Shown here piece after piece: positions 1 to 11,890 of a DNA stretch of 64,000 bases; position 1 is the first letter of the stretch; each line of letters begins with the position of its first letter. This DNA is from Antechinus flavipes (lineage: Eukaryota). The stretch is from positions 13,578,001 to 13,642,000 of the forward strand of contig NC_067398.1 in the NCBI RefSeq assembly GCF_016432865.1, read 5' to 3'. The position numbers and the translations under genes were made by a program. The notes below the pieces were generated by a model. That model saw nothing but the letters and a program-made list of their open reading frames with translations. It did no database searches and was not told the origin of the DNA.

Positions 1-32
1 ATGTTTAACCTGTGCTGTGGAGGCCAGAAAAA

Positions 33-104
33 AGGATCCAAATGCTCCAGGAACCTGGTAGTTCCTTTAGGATCCAAGTGCTCCAGAAAACTGGTTGTTT
101 CTTT
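33..104 (+). repeat. 36-bp tandem duplication
   Basis: aggatccaaatgctccaggaacctggtagttccttt / aggatccaagtgctccagaaaactggttgtttcttt. Confidence 0.85.
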
Positions 105-319
105 ACAGGAACCCAAGTGATTATCCAGCGGCATTCCAATAAGTAGAGATAGCTATAAGTGATTTTAGTGGAGGCGGGACCACCTATTCTTTATGTTGAT
201 GCTTTATCATGGAATAGAGTAAACTGCTTTTTATAAAATCTCAGAATGTGAAACTAGTCCCACTTTTTCAGTTGTTTTTTCAATTATGTCCAATACTTTG
301 TGACCCTGTTTGTTCGTTT

Positions 320-3300
320 TCAATTTCATATAAAGGTAATTTTCAGCATTCATTTTTGTAAAATTTTGAGCTCTAAATTTTTCTGCCTCCCTCCTTCTCT
401 CCTTTTCCCCCTTCTCCAAGACAGCAAGAAATATGGGTTATACATGCACAATCATGTTAAACATATGCCTGCCTTAGTCATTTTGTGAAAGTAAAATCAG
501 AACAAAAGGGAAAAATCATGAGAAAGGAAAAAGCGAAAATAGTATGCTTCTATCAGCTTTCAGACTTCATAGTTCTTTCTTTGAATGTGGAAGCATTTTC
601 CATCTCAAGTCTTTTGAAATTGTCTTGGATCACTATTACTGAAAAAATCTAAGTCTTTCTTAGCTGTTCTTACATACTATTGCTGTTACTGTGTATAATG
701 GTCTCTAAGTATAACATCTGCAAAAAGTGATATTGTTTCTCATTGCCTATTCTAATTTCTTCAATTTCTCTTTCTAAGTACTAAAGCTAACAATTCTAGT
801 ACAGTATTGAAGAGTAGTGATGATAATGGACACTCTTGTTTCACCTCAATTTTGGAGGGGAATGGTTTTAGTTTATTCCCATTACATTTAATGCTTGTTG
901 ATGGTTTTAGATAGATGCTGCTTATCATTTTAAGAAAAACTCCATTTATTCCTGTGCTTTCTAATGTTTTTAATAGGCATGGGTGCTGTATTTTGTCAAA
1001 AAGCTTTTTCTGTGTCGAGATAATCATGATTTCCATTAGTTTTGTTATTGCTATGGCCAATTATGCTAATAGTTTTCCTAATATTGAACCAGTCCTGCAT
1101 TCCTAATATAAATCTCACCTGACCATAGGGTATTATCCTTGCGATAAATTGTAATCTCTTTCCTAATGTTCTATCTAAAATTTTTGCTTCAGTATTCATT
1201 AGGGAAATGTTTCTTTCTCTAATTTTCTTTCTGTGTTTTGGCTCTTTCTAGTTTAGATAGATATCAGCACCTATCATAAAAGGAATTTAGCAGAAATCCT
1301 TCTATTTTTCCAGTAGTTAATATAGTATTAGAATTCACAATTAGTGGAGTTCTTTAAATGTTTGGTGGAATTCACTTGTAAATCCATCTAGTCCTGGACA
1401 TTTTTTAAGGGAGTTTATTGAGACTTCTTCCATTTCTGTTTCTAAAATGGGGTTGTTCTATATCAGATTGTTTGCTGTTTGGGGGAGTGGAGAAGTAAGA
1501 GAGGTAGGGAGAAAGAAATTGGAACTCAGATTCTTATAAAAGTGAATGCTGAAAACTCGTTTTAAATGTAATTGGAAAAATAAAATAATTTTGAATTAAA
1601 ATTATTTAAGTATTTTATTTCCTTTTCTGTTAATCTGGGCAACTTACATTTCTATAAACACCCATCCATTTCACTTAGATTGTCAGACTTATTGGCGTAC
1701 AAGTGGACAAAATAGCTTTAAATTATTGCTTTAATCTCCTCTTCATTAGTGGTGATTTTGCCCTTTTTATTTTTTAATACTAGTAATTTGAGTTTCTTTC
1801 ACCTTTTAAATCAAATTTACCAAAGGTTTCTGGTTTTTTATGTGTGGTGTGTTGTGTGTGTTTTATAAAATCAACTCTCAGTTTTATTTATTAGTTCAAT
1901 AAGTTCTTACTTTGAGTTTTATTAATCTCTCCTTTGAGTTTCAAAATTTCTATTTGGTATTTAATTGGGAATTTTAATTTGTTCTCTTTCTACCTTTTTT
2001 TTAGTTGTATGCCAATTCATTGGTCTGCTCTTCCTTTATTTTATTCATGTAAGCAAAATTTCCTCTAAGAACTGTTTTGGCTGTATCTCATAAATTTCAG
2101 AATATTGTCTCATTATTGTCATTCTTTTTGATGAAATTATTGATTGTTTCTGTGATTTGTTGTTTGTTTTCTTTGTTTTTTTTCTCAGTTCTTTAGAATC
2201 AGATTAGTTTCCAATTAATTTTTAGTCTATCTTTTCAAGTCTCTTTATTACATGTAATTTTTATTGCATCATGATCTGAAAAGGATGCATTTAATACTTC
2301 TGCCTTCCTGCATTTGGTTGTGAAATTTTTTTGCCCTAATACGTGATCGTTTTTTTTTTTTTTTGTGTAGGTGCTAAGTACTGCTTAGGAAAAGGTATAT
2401 TCCTTTGTATCCCCATTCTATCATGCTATCATATCTAACTTTTCTAAAGTTCTGCTTATTTATCTACTCCTGACAGAGGGAGGTTGAGGTCTTCTACTAT
2501 ATAGTTTTGCTGTTTCTTCCTGTAACTAACTTAACATCTCTTCTAAACATTTAGATGCTATACCACTCGGTGCATATATGTTTAGTATTGAAATTACTTC
2601 ATTGTCCGTGATACTCTTTAGCAAGCTACATTTTCCTTCCTTATCTCTTTTAATTTAATCTGTTTTTGATTTTGTTTGATTTGACATCAGGATCACTCTT
2701 CCTCACTTTTTTTTTTTTATTTCAGCTGAAGCATAATACATTCTTTTCCATTATCTTTAATCTGTGTGTGTCTCTGCTTCAAATATGTGTCTTGTAAACA
2801 ACATATAGTAGGATTCTGGTTTTTAATCCACTCTGCTGTCTGTTTCTGTTTTATGGGAGAGTTTGTCTCATTCACATTTACAGTTATTATTACTGTGTAT
2901 TTCCCCCATCTTATTTTCTCCCCATTTGTACTTTTCTCTCTCCTTTCACCCTGTCCCTCCTATGTTTTGCTTCTGAGTCTCACCTCCCTCAATCTGCTTT
3001 TCTATCAGCCAACTGAGTGTGTTATTCCCTCTTTGAACCAAATCTAATGAGTGTAAGATTCAAGCAATGCTCAAACCCTCCCTTCTTGCCCTCTACTGAA
3101 GTAGATCTTTTGTGCCTCTTCCTGTGATATAATTTAATCTATTCTGCCTCCCCTTTCCTCTTCTCCTAGTACAATCCTGTTTTTTTATTCCTTAATTTTT
3201 TTTAAATATCACATTAAAATCCACTTACAGTCATATCCACTTTCTAACTGCCCTAAAGATACAGTTCTGAAACATTACCATCTAATCTTACAGAATAACA

Positions 3301-4852
3301 TGTTTTGAGTTTTTTTCTTTCCTGTTTTACTTTTTTCTGCTTTTCTTGAGTCTTGTATTTGAAGATTGAATTTTCTGTTCAACTCAAATTTGAAAATCTC
3401 CTATTTCATTGAATGCCAATTTTTTCTCCTGATTGTTTGATTTGATTAGGAAGTTGATTCTTGGTTATAATTCAAGCTCCTCCAAATCCAAACCCTCCAA
3501 TTCTTTAATATAGAAGCTGCTAAGTCCTATGTAATCCTGACTGTGGTTCCTTGGTATTTGAATTGTTTAATTCTGACTGCTTACAATATTTTCTCCTTGA
3601 CCTGATAATTCTGGAATTTGACTATAATGTTCCTTGGAGTTTTCATTTGGGGATCTTTTTCAGGAGGTGATTGGTGGATTCTTTCAGGACAATTTTCCTT
3701 GATAATTTCCTGAAAGATGCTGTCTGGGATCTTTTTTTGGAAAGGGGGTGAGGGAAGTTGGCAATCTCTCTTGGACTCATTTTCCAGGTTGGTTGTTTTT
3801 CCAGTGAGGTATATTTTCTCCTGTTTTTTTCATTTTTTAAATTTTGTTTGACTAATTTTGATGTCTCATAGAGTCATTAGCTTCCACTTGGCGAGAAATT
3901 AGTTTCTTCAGTTAGTTTTTGTACCTCCTTTTCCATTTGGCCAGTTCTACTTTTAAAGGAGTTGTTTTCCATAGTCAATTTTTGTGTTTCCTTTTCTAAA
4001 TTATTGACTCTTTTTTCATAATTCTCCTGCATAACTCTGTTTTTTTCTTCCAATTTTTCTTCTCCCTATTAATTTTAAAAATCCTTTTTAAGCACTTTCA
4101 AGGGGACTTTTTGGGTTTGAGATCAATACATATTCCCCCTTTGTGTTTATGTTTTGATTTTTGATTTTTTGTGGTCGGGGTTCTTAGGTTTTTTATTCAT
4201 TCTTTAAAGCTGAGCATGGTGGGCATTGTCCTAAGCTTCTTGTGCTCATGGCCAGGGGCCTGGTCACTTGCTTTGATTGCTGGAGCCTCAGGTGCTTGCA
4301 GCTTGCCCACGGTGCTGGGGTGGCCTGGCTTAGTGCTCATTGTGCTGGGGTTCTGGGACTGGCATTTTACCTTTTGTGCCAGGGCTAGGGGCCTCCCAGC
4401 TGTTTTGTTGTGCTATTGACCAGGGTCTTGATTATTATTTATTTTTTTTTTTCTGAGGTAATTGGGGTTAAGTGACTTCAAGGTCACTTAACCCAGGGTC
4501 ACATACCTAGGAAGTAGGCCAGATTTGAACTCAGGTCCTCCTGACTTCAGGGCTGGTGCTCCACCCACTGTGCCACCTAGCTTTCCCAGGCCTTGATTAT
4601 TGATCTTTACTGTGGCTGAAACATCCCTCTGGCTTGTCTGGACACAGTCTTTACTGGGCTGCGCTCCCCTTTTATCCAAATGAGACAGACTTTTACTGAA
4701 ATCCTTTTGAGTTAGCTTAAGCTTCACTCTGTCTTTTTGCGGGTTCTTTCTTTCACTCCAGAATTCTTTAGAGGTTTGATTTAATGTTATTTCAGAGGAA
4801 AACTGGAGAGAGCTCTGGCAACTTCCCAACTTTTCTCCGCCATCTTGACTCC
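320..4852 (-). mobile_element. Near full-length, internally deleted L1 (5' end, ORF1, ORF2, 3'UTR remnants)
   Basis: Minus-strand ORFs 761-1199 give decayed RT (KLFDKIQHP, ECPLSSLLFNTVLE). The 5' terminus GGAGTCAAGATGGCGGAG is at ~4835-4852. 3'UTR-type sequence is at 320-720. Confidence 0.85.
4437..4591 (-). mobile_element. WSINE1-type marsupial tRNA-derived SINE
   Basis: Reverse of ...GAGTTCAAATCTGG...GTGACCCTGGG...AACCCCAATTACCTCAG-polyA. TSD CTTGATTATT at 4427-4436 and 4592-4601. Confidence 0.85.
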
Positions 4853-5126
4853 TTTTCCCCTTCCCCCCCCCCCCCCCCAAGGATGCTGGAGTATTTGCCG
4901 TTTTTCACAGCTTATTATACAGATGAGGAAACTCAGGCAGACAGGGTGGAGTCAGACTTGTCCAGGGTCATACAGATAAGTGCTGCCAGATTTGACCTCA
5001 GGAAGATGAATCTTCCTGACTGCACCACTGCATTGTAGGCACTTAATGTCTATTAATTGATCTCATATTTTATAATTGACCCCATATCGCAGCCTGTCAA
5101 AATCTTTTTTAGTCCTGACTACGTGA

Positions 5127-5480
5127 TGTGAAGACCGAGTTAGCAGCCTGGATACCTTAGAATCAGCCAGAGTCAGAATAAGCAAAAGTCCTTGGTCTTT
5201 ATTATTGGTCTTTAGGGGTAGAAGTGAAGGGAATGGACACCAGGATCTCCACGACCTTCCTTCTCCTCCTCTACTGCCAAAGTGACTCTGGCTTGTCTTA
5301 CTCCACCCCCTAATCCTTCCCACAATTCTCTGTATACACCAAAAGATTGAACTAGCACAGAATAGTGAGAAGGGCCATTTTCCAAGCATATGCTAATAGA
5401 GTATTGTCCAATCGGTAATTAGGCTTGAGTGCTCGGTTGTCCGATCCCAGTGCATCAACTCAGAGTTTCAGCCCTTTACA
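5127..5480 (-). mobile_element. ERV solo LTR, copy 1
   Basis: TG...CA termini (minus: TGTAAAGGG...CTTCACA), AATAAA near the 3' end, 6-bp TSD ACGTGA/ATGTGA. Highly similar to 49623-49977. Confidence 0.9.
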
Positions 5481-5639
5481 ATGTGAGACTTCCCTCATTT
5501 CTCTGAGGGATATTCACTCTTTCTAACTTTTATTCAAGTAATTGATGAATGTATTAACTCTGGGATTAGTCCAGATCACAGGAGCACTCCACTGTTCTTG
5601 GGTATAACCATTGATTTCCAGACTGCCCACATGTCTCTA

Positions 5640-6250
5640 TTTTTTTCCCAAAAATTAAAGATAGGGTGAGAAACTCTTGTTAAATGCATTGCTAAGATTG
5701 AAATAAACTCTTGCATTTTTCTGATCTACTTGTTGGGTACCCTTATTCCCCCCCCCCCCCCCCAAAAAAAAAAAAGAGAGAGAGAGAGCTGAGGCTATTA
5801 TGGCCCAGTCTCTCTCTGAGGCAACCAGGTTAGCTTTTGGTGGCCCCTGCATCCTTTTCTTGTTGTTTACTTAGATTATCCCCTTAATAGGATGTTTAAA
5901 AATTTTGCCAAGAATCAGAGTTAAATTCCCTGGCCTGTACCTTGCAGACCACAATGTGCTTCATTTCTTAAAAGTCAGGGTAGTGCTGGCTTTTCTGGAG
6001 CCCTTTTTCAGAAACTCTCCCATTCCCCCAATAGACTTGTGTACTGTTTCCAAAGATAGAATTCACCTGGGCCCAAAGCGTAGCAGTTACAGTTGCTCCT
6101 TCTACATTACTCAAAGGTCTTTGAAGGTCCCCAGTCTTAATCTAATCCTCCTGATGAGTCTGTCATGGTACATAAGTGTCAGAGATGTTCTCTCATCCCT
6201 CTTCTCCGAATCAGAGCTCTTTGGTTCAAAGACTTGGTTGGGATTTGGCT
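5640..6250 (-). mobile_element. CR1/L3-like LINE fragment
   Basis: Resembles reversed ancient CR1 ORF2 sequence; recognised by eye only. Confidence 0.45.
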
Positions 6251-6989
6251 GTGGTCCTGCTGTTCATCAAGGGCAGTAAAGCTTAGGAAAGCTTGGGATG
6301 TTCCAGGCCAACAGGATGATGGATTGCAGTGTATCTGTTAGAGTTGAGAGATTTAGTATCAGGGTGATTGATTTTATTCAAATATAGCAACTCCTGAAGA
6401 CTGTCTGCTTGGAGGGGACACAGTCAGCGTCGGGAGACAAAGTGCCCAGGACAACCAGCTTCTGAAAAAAAGGAAGTCCTTACTTGAGTTCCCTGGCTGA
6501 ACCAGGAGGCATTTTGGAAAGATTGTGGTATTTCAGTCTCACACAGCCTTTTTCTTGAATGCAAAGTGTGGATGGATTCCAGCTGTTGTTCATGTAATAC
6601 TTTACGTTTTTCTCAAGGATTTTTTATATATTTGCTCATTTCATCTACACAACAACGTCACGAGGTATAATTGGGTACCACAGGGGTTATTATTAATACA
6701 AAGTTAGAGATGAGGCAGCCGAGGCTCAGAGAAATTCACTGCTTACCTCTGGTTTCAGTCCATAAAGATTAATGGCAGGATTCAGCCCCAGGTCTTTCCT
6801 GTCTCCAAGTCCAGTGTCCTTTCCATTATGCTACATTAGTCTTAAGGATTACAGAAGAAATAAAATTACAACCATTCAACCAATAATGAAGAGCTGTAGA
6901 ATCTGAGTAAGCAAGCTGCTGTTTGTTGTAGCTGATGACTTGCGGATAAGAAATGAAGAAACACAGTAAAAGATGGACATTTTTAACAA

Positions 6990-8345
6990 GATGAGTTATA
7001 GCAAAACCTATGGAATATAGCAAAAGCACTAATCAGAGGAAATTTTATATGTCTAAATGCTTATATCAATAAAATAGAAAAAGAGCAGACCAATGAATTG
7101 ATTATGCGGTTAAAAAAACTTTCTAGAAAATGAACAAATTGAAAATCCTGTATTAAACACTAAATTGGAAATCTTAAAATTTAAAATGAAATTAATGAAA
7201 GTGAATGTAAGAAAATCATTGAATTAATAAATAAAAATAGGAATTGGCTTTATGAAAAAACTCTAATGCCATAGATAAACCATTGGTTAAAATGATTTTT
7301 TAAAAAGAGAAGAAAAAATCACTAGTATTAAAAATGGTGAGTGAATATACCGTTAATGAAGATAAAATGAAAGCAGTTTATAAAAAATTATTTTGCCTAA
7401 ATTGTATGTCAATAAAATTAACAATTTAAATGAAATGGAAGAATGTTTACAAAAATATAAGCTGTTCTGATTAACAGAAGAGGAAATAGAATATTTAAAT
7501 AACCTATTTTAGACAAAGAAATTAAACAGACCATAAATGGATTTCCTAACAAAAAAGCATCAGGACCAGATGGTTTTACAAGTGAATTCTATTAAACGTT
7601 TGAAGATTTAAGTAATTCCAATATTAAATAAGTTATTTTGAATATAGGCAAAGGAGTTCTATTAAACTCCTTTTATAAAAGAAATGTGACAGTGATGCCT
7701 AAACCAGGAAAAGCAAAAACAGAGAAAGAAAATTATAAACCAGTTCCATTGATGAATATGGAAGCAAAAAGCCTAAATAAAGTACTAGCTAGGAGACTGT
7801 AATATATTACAAAGATCATTCATTATGACCAAATGTGATTTATACCAGAAATAATGCAGGGATTGTTTAACATAAGGAGAACTATTAATATAATTGACTA
7901 TATCAGTTACAAAAGCAACAGAAATCATGATTATATCAGTAGATGCAGAAAAGGCTTTTTGACAAAATACATTTGACAAAATACAAAAAAAATTTGAAAA
8001 CATAAGTATAAGTGGATTTTTCCTTAATTTATATCTAAGACTATCAGCAAGTATTAATTGTGATGAGTATAAGCTGGAAGCCTTCCTAGTAAGATCACAA
8101 GTGGGAAATGGATGCCCATTGTCACTAATATTAATTCAGTATTGTTTTAGAAATGCTAGCAGTAGCAATAAGCAGAAGAAAAAAATTGAAGGAATCAGGA
8201 TGAGTAATGAGGTAATAAAATTATTTCTTTTTGTAAATGATATAACTTGGAAAAACCTAAAGATCCAGTTAAAAAGTTAGCAGAAACAATAATTTTAGCA
8301 TAGTAGCAGGATATAAAATAAACCCACATAAATCATCAGCATTTC
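6990..8345 (+). mobile_element. L1 ORF2 fragment
   Basis: Decayed L1 motifs (caggaccagatggttttacaagtgaattct; atcagtagatgcagaaaaggcttttgac; ggatgcccattgtcac). Confidence 0.9.
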
Positions 8346-8890
8346 TATATATTTTACCCTCAAGGAGTTTATAGTATAATAGGGGAGACAACATGCGAAC
8401 ATATATATACAAACAAATTATCTACAGGATAAATAAGAAATGATTAACAGAAAAAAGGGAGTAGAATTAAGAGGGAGGTTAATGGGAAAGACTTCTTGTA
8501 TGAGATGAGATTTTGTCTGGGACTTAAAGGAAGTCATTGGGTAGAGATGAGGTGGAAGGGCCTTCTAGGCCTCCGAGGGCAGCCAACAGAGGGAAGGTTT
8601 CTTTAATAGGAAAATCATGAGGCCGGTGTCCCTGAATTGAAGACTGTATATTGGGGAGTCAGATATAAGAAGATGGAAGGGTAGGAGAGGGCTGCGTTAC
8701 AAAGGGCTTTTAATGCCAAAGGGAGCATTTTATATTTGATCTCAAGGGAATAGGAAGCCATTGAGTGTGACACCCTCGGACTTGCATTTTGATCACCTTA
8801 CTAAGTAAGATCATTTTACTAAGTGATGGAGGAGTGGGAGAGATTGGAGTGGAGAGAGACTTGAGGTAGGCTGTACTATTGTAGAAGTCC
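8345..8890 (+). mobile_element. L2 fragment
   Basis: ccctcaaggagtttatagt...ggggagacaacatg and downstream L2 3'-region-like text. Confidence 0.6.
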
Positions 8891-9645
8891 AGTCAATTAA
8901 AAATTTAAAATAAATATGTTTAATTATTGAAGATTTCAAACAATTATGTTATTCCATTTTTAAATAAAATTATAGTAGTCTTGGAAATGAGTTTGTTATG
9001 CCATCCTTTCCAAAATTAACGAGAAGTATGGCATACTATAGTACTTTTAACTCGGACATAAAAATTGTTTAAACACTTCATATGTAGCCAGTAGTTCAGT
9101 GACAGAGCTCATCTGCTCCTGAGCCGTCAGGGTCGGCAGGCTCTCTGGGCGCTAGCTTCCTTCTGCCCTTGTTTGTACACACACAGTCATTCAAGAGTGA
9201 TGACCTTGGTGAAACAAATTGAATGTGGCCGTTTTGCTTTGGTAGACTTCACCCCGTGCTCCTTCTCTCGTTTTTAGATGAGTGGCTGTATTTACGCAGG
9301 AGTTGTAGTTGGACACGCCTCATAATTGGGGGCCGTTTCTTTATACCCCCTTCCCATGCTCTCTGGAGACTCCCAGGTCCTTCTCTCCCCATGGTGGACA
9401 CAAACCCCCAGGGGTGAAAAATGCCGGTTTGCTGGACGGTCCCTCCGGAGGCTCCCCTCCCTTCCCACTTGAGCGTGCTGCCGAAGCGTGAGAAGGCCAC
9501 GCCAGGAGATTTTGGTGGAAGCAGGGAAATAGCCGCCTAAAGAACCTAGTGGAGTTCAGAGGAGGAGTCCGTGGAATTGGAGTTGGAAGAGCCTCAAGTA
9601 AATGGTCAGCCACTCCAGACCGTGTCTTGTTTTTCTGCTGAGCAG

Positions 9646-9768
9646 GTTCGGAGAGTGCCAGGCTCCAGCGGCCGGCTTCATAAAACAGAGGACGGGGGCT
9701 GGGAGTGGAGCGATGATGAGTTTGACGAAGAAAGCGAGGAAGGCAAAGCGGCCATCTCACAGCTCAGG
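9646..9768 (+). CDS. OXSR1: OXSR1 coding exon (S-motif, WEWSDDE)
   Basis: gagcag|GTTCGG...CTCAGG|gtgagt; 123 nt, [41 protein letters not shown]. Confidence 0.97.
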
Positions 9769-9874
9769 GTGAGTAGACTTCTTAGCTCCAAAATACAATT
9801 GTGAGAATAAGATCAGGAGTTTTGCTTCCTTATTCAGCTTCACAGTTTAAAATGGGACAGAAATCTTTTTTCTA

Positions 9875-10270
9875 TTTTTAATAATATTTTATTCCTCCCC
9901 TCCAATTACATGTCAAGACAATTTTTAACTTTCTTTTTTTATACAATTTTGAGTTCCAAATTTTTTCCCTTCCTTAACTCCTTCCCCTTCTTTGAGATGG
10001 TAGCAATTTGGTGTAGGTGTACAGGTAGACGTGCATTCATGCTAAACTTATTTCTCTATTAGTTATTTTATGGAAGGAGACATAGACTAAAAGGAAAAAA
10101 AAAACACAAGAAAGGAGGAAAGTGAAAATGGTATTTTCAGCCTGCATTCAGACTCCTCATAGTTCTTTCTCTGGATGTGAAGAATGTTTTTCATATGTCT
10201 TGGATCATTGTATTGCTAAGAAGAACCAAGTCATTCAGAGTTCATCGTACAGTATTGCTGCTACTGTGGG
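9875..10270 (-). mobile_element. L1 3' end fragment
   Basis: Same marsupial L1 3'UTR text as 320-720, 14140-14900 and 40600-40900. Confidence 0.7.
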
Positions 10271-10683
10271 ATATAAGTATTCTTGAGGAAATCATTTCTC
10301 AGTCAGTTTTTCTAGAATCAGATTTTTAGTTCATACTATTTAAAAGGGGGTTAGCTCATCTATTTAAGCACAATGTTTCTCACTTAGGCTGTTGTTGAGC
10401 AAATGGTGCCTAAGTCTGTGCTAGAAGAGTCCCGTCAGCCAGCACAGATCTTCCTCAAATGGGAGGAAAACTGGATTGCTTAATATGGGCCAAAGCTAGA
10501 TGTTTGATATCTAACTTGGTATTTCAGAGTCCTTCCCTACAGTATTGATGACTTAGTGATGGAGCTGGTTCAGGTACTTTTAAGGTGGTAATTTGGGGCT
10601 GAAGGTGAATGACCTGCCTTGTTTTAACTTCTGAGAGAAGGTTCATTTATTTATTTGTTTATTTTATTTTCATCTCTTTGTAG

Positions 10684-10719
10684 TCTCCCCGAGTAAAGGA
10701 ACCGTTAACGAATTCTGAG
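10684..10719 (+). CDS. OXSR1: OXSR1 36-nt coding exon
   Basis: tttgtag|TCTCCC...TCTGAG|gtgagt; SPRVKEPLTNSE, resembling human SPRVKESISNSE. Confidence 0.92.
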
Positions 10720-11731
10720 GTGAGTTGGCTTGGTCAAACTAAACCAAAAGCATCAGGTTCCAAGCATGTGTTTGCCATGTTTTCCGAACTGGTTTTGTGC
10801 TTTAAAGAGGGCACTGGTGGAGAGCTGTCATAGATGCCTATTTTGTACTATAATGGGGACCCTTGAGATTTCAGTCGCGCCCAGACAAAGCTCGCTGTGG
10901 ATCAGAGCCATTGTACTGCTTATTTGAAAGTGTCCCTGGGCGGCCCTTGCTGATGAAGGGACAGAATCCCAATCCTTGGGCTGCCACTGGTGGGGAGTAT
11001 TTTGCCAGCTTTAATCAGCCTAAGGGGTCGCTCTAATTTGATTCTTGCCTGGATGTCTTCAGTCTCCCAATTACTGCTTTGTTGTGCTCAGTGATTCTGC
11101 GCCTCCATGATTCACTTGGAGATGGAGGCCACGTTGCACCAACCATCCTGTCTCCAGATCTCGCATGTTGTTTCATAGCACAAAAATTTGGCTTTCAGAC
11201 CCCTACTTCTGTCCATTTGGCTTTTTTCCCTTTAAAAACTCAATTATCTCTCTTTTTAGATTGCTTTATTTCATTGCGATGAATCTGTGTAATTAGAGCT
11301 AATACTGCTGGAAAGAGATCTCTGTCTCAGTGACAAAGGTGCATCTAGTTAGGTGGTTCCCACATCCTCCTAAGTCCCCTCCCTCTCGCCTTTGATGTGC
11401 CCTGGTCCCCTGTTTGGCCCCCCATCCCCGTGCCAGGCTGAGGAGAGCCCAGGCAGCCTCAGTTACAGAGGAAAGCTTGGGTGGACAGCCTGTAGTACAG
11501 AGAATGAAGCTTCTCGGGCAGAGACGGCGCTGCACGGAGAAGCCATGTTTGCTCATGCGCCATTTTTGACCTCCTGTTTTAGAGACTTTTGGGCCCGAGA
11601 AGTACCTTAGCCTCCCTTGGGGTTTCCATACTGAGACAGGCTGGGAGATGCCCCGCAGCTGCTCCCCATTCTGAAGCTCACAGACTTGTTCAGACCCTTC
11701 GCTGAAGCCTTTGTCTGCATTTCTGTTACAG

Positions 11732-11890
11732 CTCTTTCCTCCATCCGATCCCATGGGTACTTTACTCCAAATTCCAGGACCGCCTCCTGCTCAACTACCT
11801 CAACCAGCTGGACAGACTCCTGCCCAGTCAACTCACATCACTGTCCCTCCAACTGTCCAGGCACCTGCAGCTCCAGGAGGAGCAGGGCAG
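11732..11890 (+). CDS. OXSR1: OXSR1 coding exon (Pro/Gln-rich linker)
   Basis: ttacag|CTCTTT...GGGCAG|gtaaag; 159 nt, LFPPSDPMGTLLQIPGPPPAQLPQPAGQ... Confidence 0.93.

Noticed and set aside
1-9645. Additional OXSR1 kinase-domain exons
   Set aside because: None recognised; the region is mostly L1, L2, CR1 and LTR, so it is intronic
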